64,000 bases of DNA from Rhizophagus irregularis. Its lineage: Eukaryota. Below are positions 22,173-36,438 of this stretch, in pieces; positions within the stretch are counted from its first letter, which is position 1; each line of letters opens with the position of its first letter. The position numbers and the translations under genes were made by a program. A model generated the notes under the pieces. That model did no database searches and had not been told where the DNA came from. It worked only from the letters and a program-made list of their open reading frames with translations. The stretch is taken from positions 310,001 through 374,000 of the forward strand of contig NC_089429.1 of assembly GCF_026210795.1 (NCBI RefSeq), in the 5' to 3' direction.

Positions 22173-23840
22173 ATGATTCCTATTCCTTCTATTCCTTCAA
22201 ACACACCTTCTAGAGTTCATATTACAATTTACCAAGACGATGCTCCATCTTCACGCAAAAGTAACAAACGTATCCTCAGTGATGAAATGGATGTTACACC
22301 TCATAGTAGAAAAACTATGCGTAATCGCAGTCCCTCTCAAAGTCGAACTCCAATGAATTCACTTCGTATTTCTGGCAAACCTAGAGTTCCATTTTATGAT
22401 AAAGTAAATTTAACACCTTATAATCCACACAAAGCCTTAATAAACAAGTCAAAGTCTACTTCTACGCCGAAAACTGCTAAAACCGTTACATTTAGCGATT
22501 CTCATACTACTTATGAAAACGAGGTTACTTCAGCAAATAAAAAATTCAAGAATGAGTCTGGTCAAGTCGTTAATATAGACTCTTATAGGAGAAGAATCGA
22601 ACAACTTGAAGCCGAATTGAGGAACCAAATAGATGAAAATCAGAAACAAACCGAAGAAGTTCAGAAATACCGCCAAGAAATCGAGAGAGCGCTCGAAAGA
22701 GCTAAGTGTAGGTATTTGTTCATTAAGTGTTATTTGCTATTTAAACACCTCAATAATGTATTGTTTTTTGTTTGTAAGATGTGGCTTTAGGTTATAAAAA
22801 CGAATTATATGGACCTGTTTATATCGATGGTGATCATAATTCTATTAATAAGTTATTGAGACACTTAGCCAAAGTTGTAGGTCAAGACGTCATTAATAGA
22901 TTTAGAGAAGAAACTTTGGTTGATGATGAATTACCTGCACTTAATCAGATTATTGCATGGTTTGAAGAATCAGGTAATTTTTCGCTAATAAAATTAACTT
23001 TTCAATATATATTCATGACACAAGAAAAATTCTTATATAGGTTTCTTGAAGTATGAGGTTCTTAAAGAATTTCGTGCTGCAAAGATGATCTTGTCACTGG
23101 ATCTAACTTATACGTTCGAAAACGTTAAGCGGGATAACAACAATATTTTCATTAAAAATAACTTGAAACCAATCGAAATCGAACCTCAAAAATTAAATCA
23201 CCATATGCAGAATGCTAATCGATTGGTATCTGTGTTTGGCTTACCAAACGGCTTTAGATACTTAAAAGCATTGAAATTGAGCAATATGCCAATTAAGGAT
23301 TCTTACTTTAACAATTTCCGGGGTCTAAGCCTGAATGAATTGGTTATTGACAATACTGGAATCGGGGACGAGGCATTGGCTTATCTTGTAGCACTAAAAG
23401 ATAATTTGTGCCTTTTGAATATCACTGGAAATATGAAAATTACTGATGATTCTATATTTATTCTAGTTCTTTTCGAAAAATTGATGGTATTGCTCCTGGA
23501 TGATACTTCTATTTCTATGGATGGAGTTCGCAAATTTGTTTCTATGACAGCCAGCATTGAGTTATCACAAATTTCTATCCCCTCATCATGCCGTAAATAT
23601 CTTAATAAACGAAAAGAAATCTATTGTGTTGAACATAAACAAGGAATGAAAGTTGATCCATTAGAAGTTAAATTTATGAGTCTTTCAGAGATTCGTCGAC
23701 AACTAATGTTCCATTATGAGGTTAATTCTAATATTAACATTGTTGGCTCTAAAGAAGAATTAGAAGAATTGTTGAGAGAGATTTTGAAACGGCGACGTGA
23801 CGATGGAAAGGCTATGTTGTTGACTGGTGGGCGTGATTAA
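22173..23840 (+). CDS. LRR (RNI-like) protein with disordered N-terminus and coiled coil; join(22173-22707,22779-22973,23041-23840)
   Basis: Three ORFs join in frame through GT-AG introns. LxxLxLxxTxIxD repeats occur in the last exon. Confidence 0.8.
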
Positions 23841-24224
23841 TACACCAACGATACATTATAAAGAAATTATAATTCTAATGAATTTATTTGATCTAATAAG
23901 CACAAATGGATGTTATGTATGAGTTTTTAATGATGGTCTGTAAAATTGATGAAGATTATATGTAAAGTATCCGCCATTATCTTTTATCAATATCAAAAGT
24001 TAATTTACAAATTTCGATCTAGCTACATTATATACTACATTATTTTTTTTATTTTTTTTTTAACGAAATATAATTTTAATAATTCTCAAAATTACTTATT
24101 AATCCAGATAATGTATGAAAAGTTGTTCTTTATGATTATTATAATACAAATAAAGTTTAAACAAGAGATGGATGCATGCATTAATTTCTTGAAACTATAA
24201 ACTATTTAAACCGAACTTTACTAC

Positions 24225-25157
24225 TTATTCATTATCGACCCATGAACTAGCCAAATCACCAAAAAATGGCATCTCAAACCGTTCCAAAGAATCTCCATCC
24301 TTATAGGCTTGATAACTAGCAATATAATAAATAATATTTTAATAATCTTGTTTAATGAGTAAATAATAGTTAAACATGACAACCAACCCAAGGAAACAAA
24401 TTAGTCCTATCTCTGTAAACAAAAGGGCCCAGCTTAGAACATTGGAAATAAGAATTATAATTAAATGGAAAAACTAAATAGAAAAACAAATAAAAATTAT
24501 AAAATAATAAATCAATGAAATAAGAGGAAAAATACTACTAACAATTTTTACTTACAAAGATGGTTGCAAATAATATTGAAGACTATATAAGAGAGAAATC
24601 ATTTAGATCAAACATCGTATTATTACTTAGAATAAACTGATTAAATTTTAATAAATATGAATACTTTACCTGCCACGCGTGAAATCGAACATAATCATTC
24701 TTTTGTTCTAAAATTAAGAGAAGAACACCTAAAAAACAAATCCATGAATTATTGTTTAAATTCATTGTTTCTTATAAATTACAGTTAAAATGCAAAAAGT
24801 TTTACCAGTTACGCAACCAAAAGCATAAGCCATAGCCGCTTCGATATCAACTCTAAAATAAAGAACAATAAATAACGAATAAGCATACTGTAATTTCATA
24901 AAGTAGTAATAGTGGAGTTACAACTTTGTATTACAATAAATTTCCTACCTTATTGGCAAATCTGTCTCATATTTATTAATTTTCATTTGGCCGTCGGGCA
25001 ACTGTTCTGTTTGTCGATAAACTCCAGCAAAAGGGTTTGCAGAAGCAGAAGTTGACGCTGTTGTACTGCTAGCATATCGAACAGAATTACGGTTCAATTT
25101 TTGTTCATCGGGAGGTGGAGTATAAGGTGAGAAGGTAGACGGATTTTGATATGACAT
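24225..25157 (-). CDS. Small multi-exon membrane protein, UPF0132/DUF4870-like
   Basis: Spliced reading: KYETDLPIR-VDIEAAMAYAFGCVTG-VLLLILEQKNDYVRFHAWQ-...-AYKDGDSLERFEMPFFGDLASSWVDNE*. Confidence 0.8.
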
Positions 25158-25700
25158 TGCCTCTTAAAAACTTGCAACTCGAAAAGGAAAAAAATATTTG
25201 TCTTGCGTTTAGAATAGATTCTGTTATTCTGCTTCTATTTATGGTGTATCACGTGTCATGACTCATGGCCGGTAATTTTTTAATGATTTAGTCCTCAGGC
25301 ATTTACGTACAAGTTTGGAGATAAAACGATCGAAACTGCTATAGTTCATGAACTGGGTTAAAAATAGGATAGAATTTGTAGTTGATACTCAATTATAATT
25401 GGTTACCGAAGTATTACTATTAATCATTCCATTGTTGAACTAATAATTTAGATACTTTGAAAGTTGTTTTCATCGAAAGATTATCTATCGTCTTGATGAT
25501 CTTACAAAGTCCTTTGGTTTGTATCACTTTCATCAAGGGGGACAACAAATTGATATAATCGAAAGACTATCACAAAAAAATATCGTTTAAAATTAAAAAT
25601 GAAAGAAGAAATTTGATAATACATTTCATTAAGCATTTTATTGATTCAAATCTACACAGTGACTTGTGTCACGTGTGAAATTGACTTTATTATACAGTAG

Positions 25701-26648
25701 TTATTTTGTTCCATAATAAGTATGATATACATCCACCAAATTCTTTCCTCTAGATTTCGCAATTTCTGACGGTAATTTTTGACTATTCAAAGCTTCGAAA
25801 GTACATTTTATAACATTCATTCCATTGCACGAACCAAAAACTTTTGCGGAAAGATCTTGGATACCGATACATTTAGCAATTTCATGTATATAATGGTTAC
25901 ATCTTATACCAAACCCTAAAAAAAGAATAAAAACAGTAAATAAAAGAAAATTTCAATTCTTATTCTTATCTAACTTACCAGGAGGTCTGACCCATAATTT
26001 TATTGTTGTTCCATGAAATTTATGCTCTATATCATGATATAAAGTTCTATCATCATACCTTTCAAAATATCTTAAGCTTTTTATAGCCTTGTTAGTAGCT
26101 TTTTTGATAGCAGTTGGAACCTCATCATGTTTACCCTCTCCAAAACCGGCAACACCTTTACCATTGCCCACAACTACTAAAACATACATGCTAGGAATCC
26201 TGCCCTTCTCTGTTTGATTTATAACACGCTTTATAATAAGAGTTTTTTTCTGTAAATCACGAATTTCAGAAGGGGAAAGCCCAGTGACTGCTGATAATGC
26301 GTCAGTGTCATCGCTTTCGGTTTCCGGAGCAGTTATTACTACGGAAGGACGGGTTACTGGAAATGAAGGATCAATTATTGTTCCCGACACATCTAAAATT
26401 GGATCAAGTTTTGATATATCAGAAAGTCTGAATATGTCAAGTCCTCCTACACGAGGACGAAGCGGTCTACTAAATTTATCATTTTTATCTTTGTTAGTGT
26501 CTGTAGAAGTTGAAGTTGTTGAAAAAGCGCGTAGGTGATGAAGTATTAGATGTTTCTTGGGACTGTATTCATTAAATACAAAAGCATTATTTGCGACATT
26601 GATAAATGATTTACGTAAAGGAATTGGAAATTTTGCAACTAAGTTCAT
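25701..26648 (-). CDS. MRPS5: Mitochondrial small-subunit ribosomal protein uS5m (2 exons)
   Basis: KRVINQTEKGRIPSMYVLVVVGNGKGVAGFGEGK and RYDDRTLYHDI..KFHGT..RPPG/FGIRCNHYIHEIAKCIGIQDLSAKV, with a presequence-like N-terminus. Confidence 0.92.
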
Positions 26649-26809
26649 AGTATAGTAAGTGATCTTTAAAATGGTAAAATGTGGCTGATTTAATTTCTAT
26701 GCATGATGACTTTTGTTTATACTATATGCGGGAATAGATATAAATAATTTTTTAGTATAGGAAGATCTCTTTTTACAGAGACTCAAGCTTTGTAAATCAA
26801 CGCAATATA

Positions 26810-27898
26810 ATGAATTTTATATCCGGAAAAACTGAAGACAGCATTTCTCTTCCAAAACTTCGAGATACGCTTATTCGTCTTGAGGATACTATAATTTTTG
26901 GTAAATTACTAAAATATCATGGTTGTTGATATATATTATGGTTTTTAAATTTTTATTATTGATATCCGAGTAGCTTTGATTGAGAGAGCACAGTTTTCTG
27001 TTAATGACAACATTTATAAACCTGGAATGTATAAATATGATGGCTTTGAAGGAACTTTCCTAGAATATTTTTTGTCCGAAGTTGAAAAAGTACATGGTAA
27101 TTTTATTTAAATTGTTAAAATTTTTTTTTTTACAGAAATTTTTCACGATACTTACCAAATTTTAAATACTTTTAATTTTATAGCAAAAGTAAGAAGATAT
27201 CAAAGGTAAAAAAGAAACTTATTCTTTTTAGAAATTCTCAAATGGGTTCATTATTTATTTTATATCATCTTTAAAGTCCCGATGAGTATCCATTCACGGG
27301 AACTCTTCCAGATCCAATTATTCCTCCTCTTGATTATCCACAAATCCTTAAACCTAATAACATTAATATTAATAAAAAAATAATGAAATTTTATCTCGAG
27401 AACATTGTTCCTTCGCTATGCGTGCCGGGAGATGATCAAAATTATGGTTCCGCGGCAACTAAAGATGTAGAGTGTCTTCAAGCTTTATCTCAAAGAATTC
27501 ATTATGGTAAACATATTTAATTATTTCATTAGTAGCAATTACAACATTAACTTATTGATTTCATTTTTAAAGGGAAATTTGTTGCTGAGGCAAAATTTCT
27601 CGATCCAAAACTTCAACCTAAATACATTGAACATATCAAAAATCGGGATGTTAAGGAACTTGAAAATTTGTTAACTGACAAACGTGTTGAGGAAGCTTTA
27701 TTAAAAAGACTTAGACGTAAAGCTTTAATATATGGTCAAGATATTTCAGAACATGGTGGATTAAATTTGGATAATATGCAAACTACAGAGCAATTAAAAA
27801 TTAATGTAGATGTAGTTGTTGAATTGTATGAAAAATGGGTCATCCCTTTAACAAAAGAAGTTGAAATTGAGTATTTATTGATAAGACTTGACGAGTGA
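26810..27898 (+). CDS. ARO7: Chorismate mutase (eukaryotic AroQ type), multi-exon
   Basis: LRDTLIRLEDTIIF/ALIERAQF, RRYQ/SPDEYPF, NYGSAATKDVECLQALSQRIHY/GKFVAEAKF and WVIPLTKEVEIEYLL. Confidence 0.95.
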
Positions 27899-29121
27899 AA
27901 TTTTGTAAATTTCATTGATTTTGATAGTAAGAACTTGATTTAACTAAAAAATGCCACTTCTATTTATTTTATGACAAAGATTTGTTTAAAATAAGTTAGT
28001 ATCTTTGGGAATAATTTAGAATAGTTAGATTACAAATTTTATTAGATTTCTGCGTACTATTATTTGATATTGTATTTAGAATTTGTTTAAAGTGGTATTT
28101 TGTGATCTCTTAATTATTATTAGTTTCTAAGATTATTTAAACATTATATTTGATCAAAAAATCAAAAGTGCAAGTGTGGTTATTCTGTCTTCTACTCAAT
28201 ATATTTAATTTTTGCCAGTATTATACTTTTGCAATAATTCAGTTTATCTTACTTTACTAATTCAACTTTTAATTTATTACAGAATCATTTAATTATTATT
28301 ATAAAAAGCAAAGTAATTATATTTAATATTAGAATAAATATTTTGAACAAATAAAATTAATCTATTATAATTAATAAATAGTTGTAATAATATTTCTTTA
28401 ATATAATTATATAAATTTATACTATAGCTATAATTTATTATCTAAATATATTTGACAATTTGTAAAAACAAATTATACTTTTTAAAATTGAATTACTAGA
28501 TGCTAAGAAATTTATATAATTTTAACTTTTTAAAAAAAAATGAAAAAAATGGGTTAATTTGTGATTTATAACTTATTTTAATTATTTCTATAAGCATCAG
28601 GATTTTTGATTTAAAATAATATTAAATAGTTTTATAACTTATTTTATTAAAAAATTTTAGATTTTTATAAGATTCTGAATAAATTATAATATACTTTTGG
28701 CCAAAATTACTCATTTTCATAAAACTCAATATATATATATGTGTATATATATATATGTATATACTGTATTTTTTGTTTTTTGCAAATATCTCAATATTCA
28801 ATAATTTAAATTTGATGAACTTTTTTTAAATTATAAAACTTAATTAAGGATTATGATATTTATTTAGAAAGATTTTTTCGTAAAGCATGATTATAATAAG
28901 AGTACAGGTTTGATTTCTAATAGCTTAAATTTGTAAAAATTATACTATATGCATAGCTATGGTATCTACTGTATTAAACTAATTTAGACCAATATAATTA
29001 ATCCAAATTGGTTAGTAGTTTTAGCTAATAGTATTAATTAGTTTTATTTACAACCTAAATGATAGAAATATTTATAATAATTACTTTTAAGTAGGGTTCT
29101 ATCTACTACTAATAGATATTT

Positions 29122-29493
29122 TTTACAGAAACTTTAAATTTTCAAGTGATATCATTTTGATATTATTTTAATATTGATTCAATATCAATTTAATATCAAT
29201 ACGATATCAAAATAAAATATTGTCACTTTAATATTAAAATGATATCGAAATAGTATCAAAATGAGATCAAAATGATAATAGAAATGACATTGAAACAACA
29301 TATTTAAGTTTAACTTAAAGATGTCATTTCGATATCATTTTAATTATCATTTCTTAATATCAGTATGATATTGAAATGATAATACTTCATTTCGATATTA
29401 TATCGATATTAAATTGATATTGAAAACAATACCGTTAACATAAACTTAACAATATCAATTTTATATTAATTAAAAATATTAAGTTTCTGTAAA
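29122..29493. mobile_element. MITE-like element rich in GATATC repeats
   Basis: TIR TTTACAGAAACTT / AAGTTTCTGTAAA; TSD unclear. Confidence 0.55.
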
Positions 29494-30375
29494 GTAGGTA
29501 GCATATATTTTTTTAAAAAAAAATCTTTTTTTAATTAATATTAATTAAAATTTTTGTAATTTTAATTTACTTTATAATGGTTAAATTTATTACATATTTA
29601 ATAAAATATCTGATTTTATAATTTATATAATTAAACTTAATAAATATATTAAGAGAAAAATATACTATCATATAACAAATAATAGTTTAAACTATTATTT
29701 AATAAAAAACTTATTTAAAATAGTTTATTTATTAATATTTTAATTCTTTTAAAATTATATGACTAAAAGTAATAACTTTAAACTATTTGTACTATAATAG
29801 TAGTCTTCCCTTTGTATTGATATGTAGCGATTCCTTTGAGTATAATAAATAAAAATATATATATATATATATGCTAAGTTACCAATTATTAAAAATAAAA
29901 TGCTTTTAAAATCTTATAATGATAATTTGCAACTGCTAATATTACTGCCCAAAACTTATTTAATAATAAAATTCAAAAATCTGAAACTCAAAAACTTTAT
30001 TTTTAATAAAAAATTGGTAAATCTAAAACTTTTTTAAATTATAATTAGTTTCAGAAAAACATAAAAACAGTTTTGGCAATTAAGTTTATTATAAAAAATA
30101 GTTTCAGATTAAATTTTGATTAAACTAAAATTTTGAAAAAAAATAGTTTTAGCAAGTAATATCTTTAGTAAAAAAATTAAAAAATAATAAAAAATATATT
30201 TTTTCACACCTGTGATATGTTGCATTTTCCTTTTTTAGTAATTTTTATATATTAATTATGTCAATCATTTTGATCACGTGACTTCATTAAGATTTTTCAT
30301 TTTTTAGTATTTACTATATATTATAAGAAACTTTATACTATATGTATTTTTAATTGCTTTACAAGTTTTCTTAAT

Positions 30376-31568
30376 AGGACCCCAGACATCACATATATAA
30401 CTCATAACTGATCTGCATGAATTTAAGTACTTTTTGCTCCTGCTAAAATAGACCTAATTTGCTAAAAATCAAATTATCACATTTCAAATCTATACTAATT
30501 TGCTAAAACTCAAAATATGAGTTAATAATTTTTTCTTTTTTCTTTTTTTTTTTTTTAAATGTTGAATTATGTACCATTTTATTAGAATATATTTGGACTA
30601 CATAATAATCACAAATATTCTATGAATCGATACTTCCAGCTCCAGACATCAAAGTCCGATCAACCATTAGATATTATATTACCAATAAAATTAAAATTAA
30701 GAATAAAAGTAACCAAAAAGCATAGCAAAATAATATACCATAATCTAAAAGTATAAACAAAAATAAAACATTAAAAGAAAAACAAAAACAAAATTAAAAA
30801 TAAAAATAAAATTAACAATAATTAATAAATTATATGTCTAAAATTATAAATAAATATAAATATAAATAAGAAAAGAATAAAAATATTATTTTTGTATCTA
30901 TTAATCCAATAATTTTTTGCTTACATGATAATAACGTAATCTTATCAACTTTCTTTTTTATTGGAATCCAATTCTCATATATGTATTTCCTTACAAAGGT
31001 GTCCAGCATTTCTTTACCAAAGAGACTGATTTTTGTAATCGATCTACTTTTCCCATTTGTAAATCTTTAACTTTATTTGTAAGTTGATTTGAATTGTCCT
31101 TTACTTTGAATTCTGAAAGTTGATTTGAATTGTCTTTTGCTTTGGATTCTGAAGTAATTTTTTCTTTTATTATCAATAAAAAAATAAATGATTAATATAA
31201 ATTAAACTGCCAATTTTTATAATTAAAATATGTAGATTATAGATAAATAATTATTAAAAAATAAAATGTTGCGAAACTAAACAGACGGGTTTTGGCCCGC
31301 ATTATGCTTAATTTTGGCCGGAATTATACTTAATTTTGGCCAAAATATAACCCAGACCCAGAAATTAATATTTTTAAAAATATTATTTATAAAGTTAAAA
31401 AAAAAGGATAAGTTAAATTTTAAAAAAAGTACCAATTTGCTCAAATATAAAATATGACTTTGTAAATTTTCAATCAATTTACTCTATCTAAAATTATGAG
31501 TTTAACCTAATTTTGATTGAATTTGCTAAAACTCAAATGTGAGTTATATATGTGATGTCTGGGATCCT
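30376..31568. mobile_element. Non-autonomous AGGACCC-type element
   Basis: TIR AGGACCCCAGACATCACATATATAACTC / GAGTTATATATGTGATGTCTGGGATCCT with perfect 8-bp TSD TTCTTAAT. Confidence 0.92.
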
Positions 31569-33665
31569 TTCTTAATATATCAAAAAGGATTTAGAATGCT
31601 ATTTTTGACTTTTATATGTAACATATTATAGGAGTGCAATATAAAGCAGGTGTAATAAAAAACAAACCCTTTTAAAATAATAATATTTAAATAAAAAAAA
31701 ATAAATAAAATTATGCTATTTGTATTTGATTTTATAAATTAAAAATGCAAGAAATCTTACTATTTTTAGCAATACATAGTTATTAATTTATCATGAAAAT
31801 TCTAATTAAACTAAAAGATAAAAAAAACAACTATAAAAATAGTGAATAAAAATTTTATTAATATTACCAAATATTTTAATAATTTAATATTAATTTATAG
31901 TAAATATTACAGCTAATAATTCAATTAATTTTGAAAAAATAAAAAATAATAGAAAAAGAAAAGTTTAATTAGTATTATTAAAAAAATTAAATATATTAAT
32001 TAAAAATAAATTATTAGCTTTTTATTCTTCTTTATTTTATAAAGTTAAAAGGGTTAATTGTCAACAAATAGAAAATTATAATATGATATAAATATAAGTA
32101 AACTTTGCTTCTTTTTTTATTTTTTATTTTTTATTTTTTTTTTCCACAGTACATTTGCAGTTTTATTAAAGTAAAAAAATAAAGAAAATATGTACAAGTT
32201 GCTTCTTTTTTTATTATTATAGTAATAATTTAAAAATATGTATAAAAATCATGATAATATATAAATATTTATAAAAAAAGTACTGTATTATTTTGAAATT
32301 AAACAACTATTTTTTAAATTTAATTCTATTTAGCAAATTAATTATTTTTTAATTAGCTTTTAAGTTAAAATATTATATAATGCAAAATTATTGATTACTA
32401 TACAAAATTACATCAATAATATCATTGCAGATATTCATATAAAAATTTTATAATAGATTATATAATATGTTATAAGTTACAATTTTTCATTAGCTTAATG
32501 AATAATGTAGTTAAAAAAAGGCATTTTTATTTAAAACTGAAAAAATTAAATTTGTCAAAAATTTTTATATTATATAATTAATTAAAAGGTTTTTCTTTAG
32601 TAATACTAGATTTCAATTTTAATTAAAAATATATATTATATAATTATAAAAAGTATAAAAATATACTAATTATAAAATTAATATTTTTTATTAAATAATA
32701 TTTATACAATAAATAATTTGTTTTAAAATGTATAGTTAATGAAAAAATAGGGAGAAATTTTTACTGCTAATTGCATAAATTATTTTTTCTGAGAAAATTT
32801 TTAGCAATAAAATATAAGAAATATGGCTTCTATTGCTAATAAAACTTTAAATATTGGCCTTATAAAGGCAGAAAAACTAGTAAAATCACTAGAAAGTATA
32901 GAATTTTTTAACCTTATTGAAGCAAGATTATTAAACCTTTAAAATATTAATGCAACTGATATATACTAAATTTTTGAGTATTTTTCTAAAAATACCTTTA
33001 ACAAATTTGCAGAATTTAAAAGAAGTTATGAAAAAAAAACTGGAAAAACTTGGAATGAATAAACAACAAATATTTTATATACTTAATATATGTACTTTTT
33101 TTAAAAAAAAATGCTTATTAATCAGCTAATAAGAATGTATCAACAAATTTATCTAATAGCACATTTGCTATCTCAATTACTGGTCAAATCTATTATAATA
33201 CAAATAAATTTCTAAATGCAATAGCTGAATTATATATCTTAAAAAGTAAAAATTGGAAAGTAATTTATGCAGAAATGGTTATCACAGAATTCAGGTAGTA
33301 ATGATAGCAGATTAATATTACACACATCATTTAAAAGTAAATAGCAGAAATAATCTACTTTAAAAAGTAAAAGCTCTAGTAAAAATTTATATAATAAAGT
33401 GAAAAAGTAACTGTATATTATATTAAAAAAAAAAATTAGCCTAATTATGATTAAATATAAAACTTCTTTTAAGAACATATGATATTTCCTTTATATGGTT
33501 CTAACTTGATATTTTAAATTACTTTAAGATTTGAAATAATGTGATTATGATGAAGTTAAAAATGCAAAAAAATATATCATATTGATCATATCTATAGATT
33601 TTAATAAGATAGTTTTAAAATAATAGAATAAAAAAGTTTGGACAATTCTTTTAGAAAACTGCCAG

Positions 33666-34305
33666 AGGATCCCGGACATTACATATATAACTCACATTTG
33701 AGTTTTAGCAAATTCAATCAAAATTAGGTTAAACTCATAATTTTAGAAAAAGCAAATTGATTGAAAATTAATTAATAGTCATAATTATGAGTTTTAGCAA
33801 ATTGTATTGATTTTACAAAGTCATATTTTATATTTGAGCAAATTGGTACTTTTTTTTAAATTTAACTTATCTTTTTTTTTTAACTTTATAAATAATATTT
33901 TTAAAAATATTAGTTTCGGGGTCTGGGTCATATTTTGGCCAAAATTAAGTATAATTCCGGCCAAAATTAAGCATAATGCAGGCCAAAAACCGTCCGTTTA
34001 GTTTCGCAACATTTATTTTTTAATAATTATTTATTTAATTTATTATTTTTATTAATTATTATTTTATCTATAATCTACATATTTTAATTATAAAAATTGG
34101 CAGTTTAATTTATATTAATCATTTATTTTTTTATTGATAATAAAAAAAAAGATTATTAACTTATATTTTGAGTTTTAGCAAATTAGTATCGATTTGAAAT
34201 GTGATAATTTGATTTTTAGCAAATTAGGTCTATTTTGGCAGGAGCAAAAAGTACTTAAATTCATGCAGATCAGTTATGAGTTATATATGTGATGTTCGGG
34301 ATCCT
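33666..34305. mobile_element. Shorter, inverted copy of the 30376-31568 element
   Basis: Same TIR, perfect 8-bp TSD ACTGCCAG. Both arms match the other copy in reverse complement and the middle is absent. Confidence 0.92.
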
Positions 34306-34416
34306 ACTGCCAGTAAGAAGCATGTCAGAAATTACATGATTATGCTCAATTAGAGACCTGACCCCCTATCCATATGTGATTGAATTCTGATTGGCTAAAA
34401 AAATACATATAATATA

Positions 34417-35523
34417 CAGTCAACTCCCTCTATAGTCACTCCCGTTATAGTCACATTCTACTATATAGTCACACCAGTTGAATGTTCAAAACACTTTATT
34501 ATTAAAAACTATCCTATATAGTCACAATCTATCTATAGTCACTATCACACCTATCCTCAAAAATCTTATATTAAAAAGAACCGTTTATAATCACAGTTAT
34601 ATAAAGAATATATTAAATAACTTGGCATCTAATAATCGTACAAAGATGTATCATAGCTTGTTAGAATCGTCTCACTGAGACGAATCGAATGGTGGTAGTT
34701 ATATCCTTTTCCGATCACTGGCTGATGAGTTATTCAACAAAATGTTAAGCATCAGCATTATTATATTTCTTAATTTATGTTTATTGCGCCATTTAACATT
34801 TTGCTAAATTACTCGGTACCTAGTGATTGTAAAAATACGATTAATAACTCGTTGGAATCGCCTCATCAAGACGAATCGAATGGTGGTAAGCTCATCTCTC
34901 TGTGATCAATATTGACGGAGTTACTACTTAAAAACCATTTAATATTTTTTAATTTCGGAAATTGATCTAGTGATTGGATTTCGATGTATCTTATACCATT
35001 AGATTCGTCGCATTAAGACGAATCGAATGGTAGTAAGATTGTCACTTTAGGATCAATATTGGCAGAGTTATTACACAAAAACCATTAATATTTTTTTAAT
35101 TTCGGAAATTAATCTAGTGATTGAATTTCGATGTATTTTATACCATTAGAACCGTCTCATCAAGACGAATCGAATGGCGGTAAGATCGTCTCTCTAAAAT
35201 CAATATTGGCAGAGTTATTACACAAAACCATTAATATTTTTTTAATTTCGGAAATTAATCTAGTGATTGGATTTCGATGTATTTTATACCATTAGAACCG
35301 TCTCATCAAGACGAATCGAATGGCGGTAAGATCATCTCTCTAAGATTAATATTGGCGGAGTTACGATACAATAAAGTTTTGAGTATAATTTTGGCTAAAA
35401 TTATGTTAATTTTTGGCCGGAATTATGATATACTTATATAAGAAATTTTTTATATAGTCACATCTCTTTATAATCACCAAATATGGACTGTCCCAAATGT
35501 GTGACTATAAAGAGAGTTGACTG
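34417..35523. mobile_element. pogo/Tc1-like non-autonomous element with internal ~147-bp repeats
   Basis: TA|CAGTCAACTC...GAGTTGACTG|TA, TATAGTCAC subterminal repeats and five palindromic-motif units. Confidence 0.9.
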
Positions 35524-35569
35524 TATAATATATTATATTAATATATATATTATAATATAATTAGTTTGC

Positions 35570-36240
35570 TATTTAATAATCCAATTTGCATAAACTTTTT
35601 TTTGTTTTGTAGCTCCATTTATGCTTTATAAAATAAATAAATAAAATTCATTGAAATTAGATTGCTAGATAGTGAAATAATTGCAAAAAGCTTATTAATA
35701 AATAAATTACCATATATTATATACAGTCAACCCTTATTATAATGAACCCTAAGGTCCAGACCTCAACTTCGCTATAAGACTATAGTGAAGATTTTAAGAG
35801 ATTTGATTGGTTAATTCATTATAGCGAGGGGAAATTTACTATAATTGTCTGAAAAATTCACTATATTAAGAGTTCGCTATATTAAAGTTTGACTGTATAT
35901 ATTATAATACAATTATTTCACTATCCAATAATCCAATTTGCATAACTTTTTTTTTGTTTTGTAAAACTCTTTATGCTTTGCAAAACAAAAAAAAAATCAT
36001 TAAAATTGAACTGCTAGATAGTAAGTTAATTGCAAAAAAACTTCTTAATAAATAAATTACTATATATTACATATATATTATAATACAATTATTTTATTAT
36101 CCAATAATTCAATTTGCATAAACTTTTTTTTATTTTGTAGTTCTCTTTATACTTTATAAAACAAAAAAATTTATTGAAATTGGACTTTTAGATGGTGAAA
36201 TAATTGCAGAAAAAGTTTCTTAATAAACAAATTATATATT
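35570..36240. repeat. Three degenerate ~180-bp tandem units
   Basis: AATAATCCAATTTGCATAAAC...GCTAGATAGTGAAATAATTGC recurs near 35575, 35927 and 36104. The first unit is interrupted by a MITE. Confidence 0.75.
35724..35895. mobile_element. Short pogo/Tc1-like MITE
   Basis: TA|CAGTCAA...TTGACTG|TA. Confidence 0.8.
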
Positions 36241-36438
36241 ATTTACTATAAAAGATATACTATTACCCAGTGTTATCATAAGGATGTGACATATCCATGG
36301 ACAGAATGTGATGGGACAGTTCAGGACACATCTCCAAAGATTTAGTAATATCCAGGACATTGGAACATTAAAAATCACGTAATTTTAAATTTGTTATTTT
36401 TTTATTACTAATTCAATTTTAATAAATTATAGCCCATT

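Noticed and set aside
31277..34001. Duplicated ~65-aa ORFs as a paralogous gene pair
   Set aside because: Both lie in the arms of the same non-autonomous element family.
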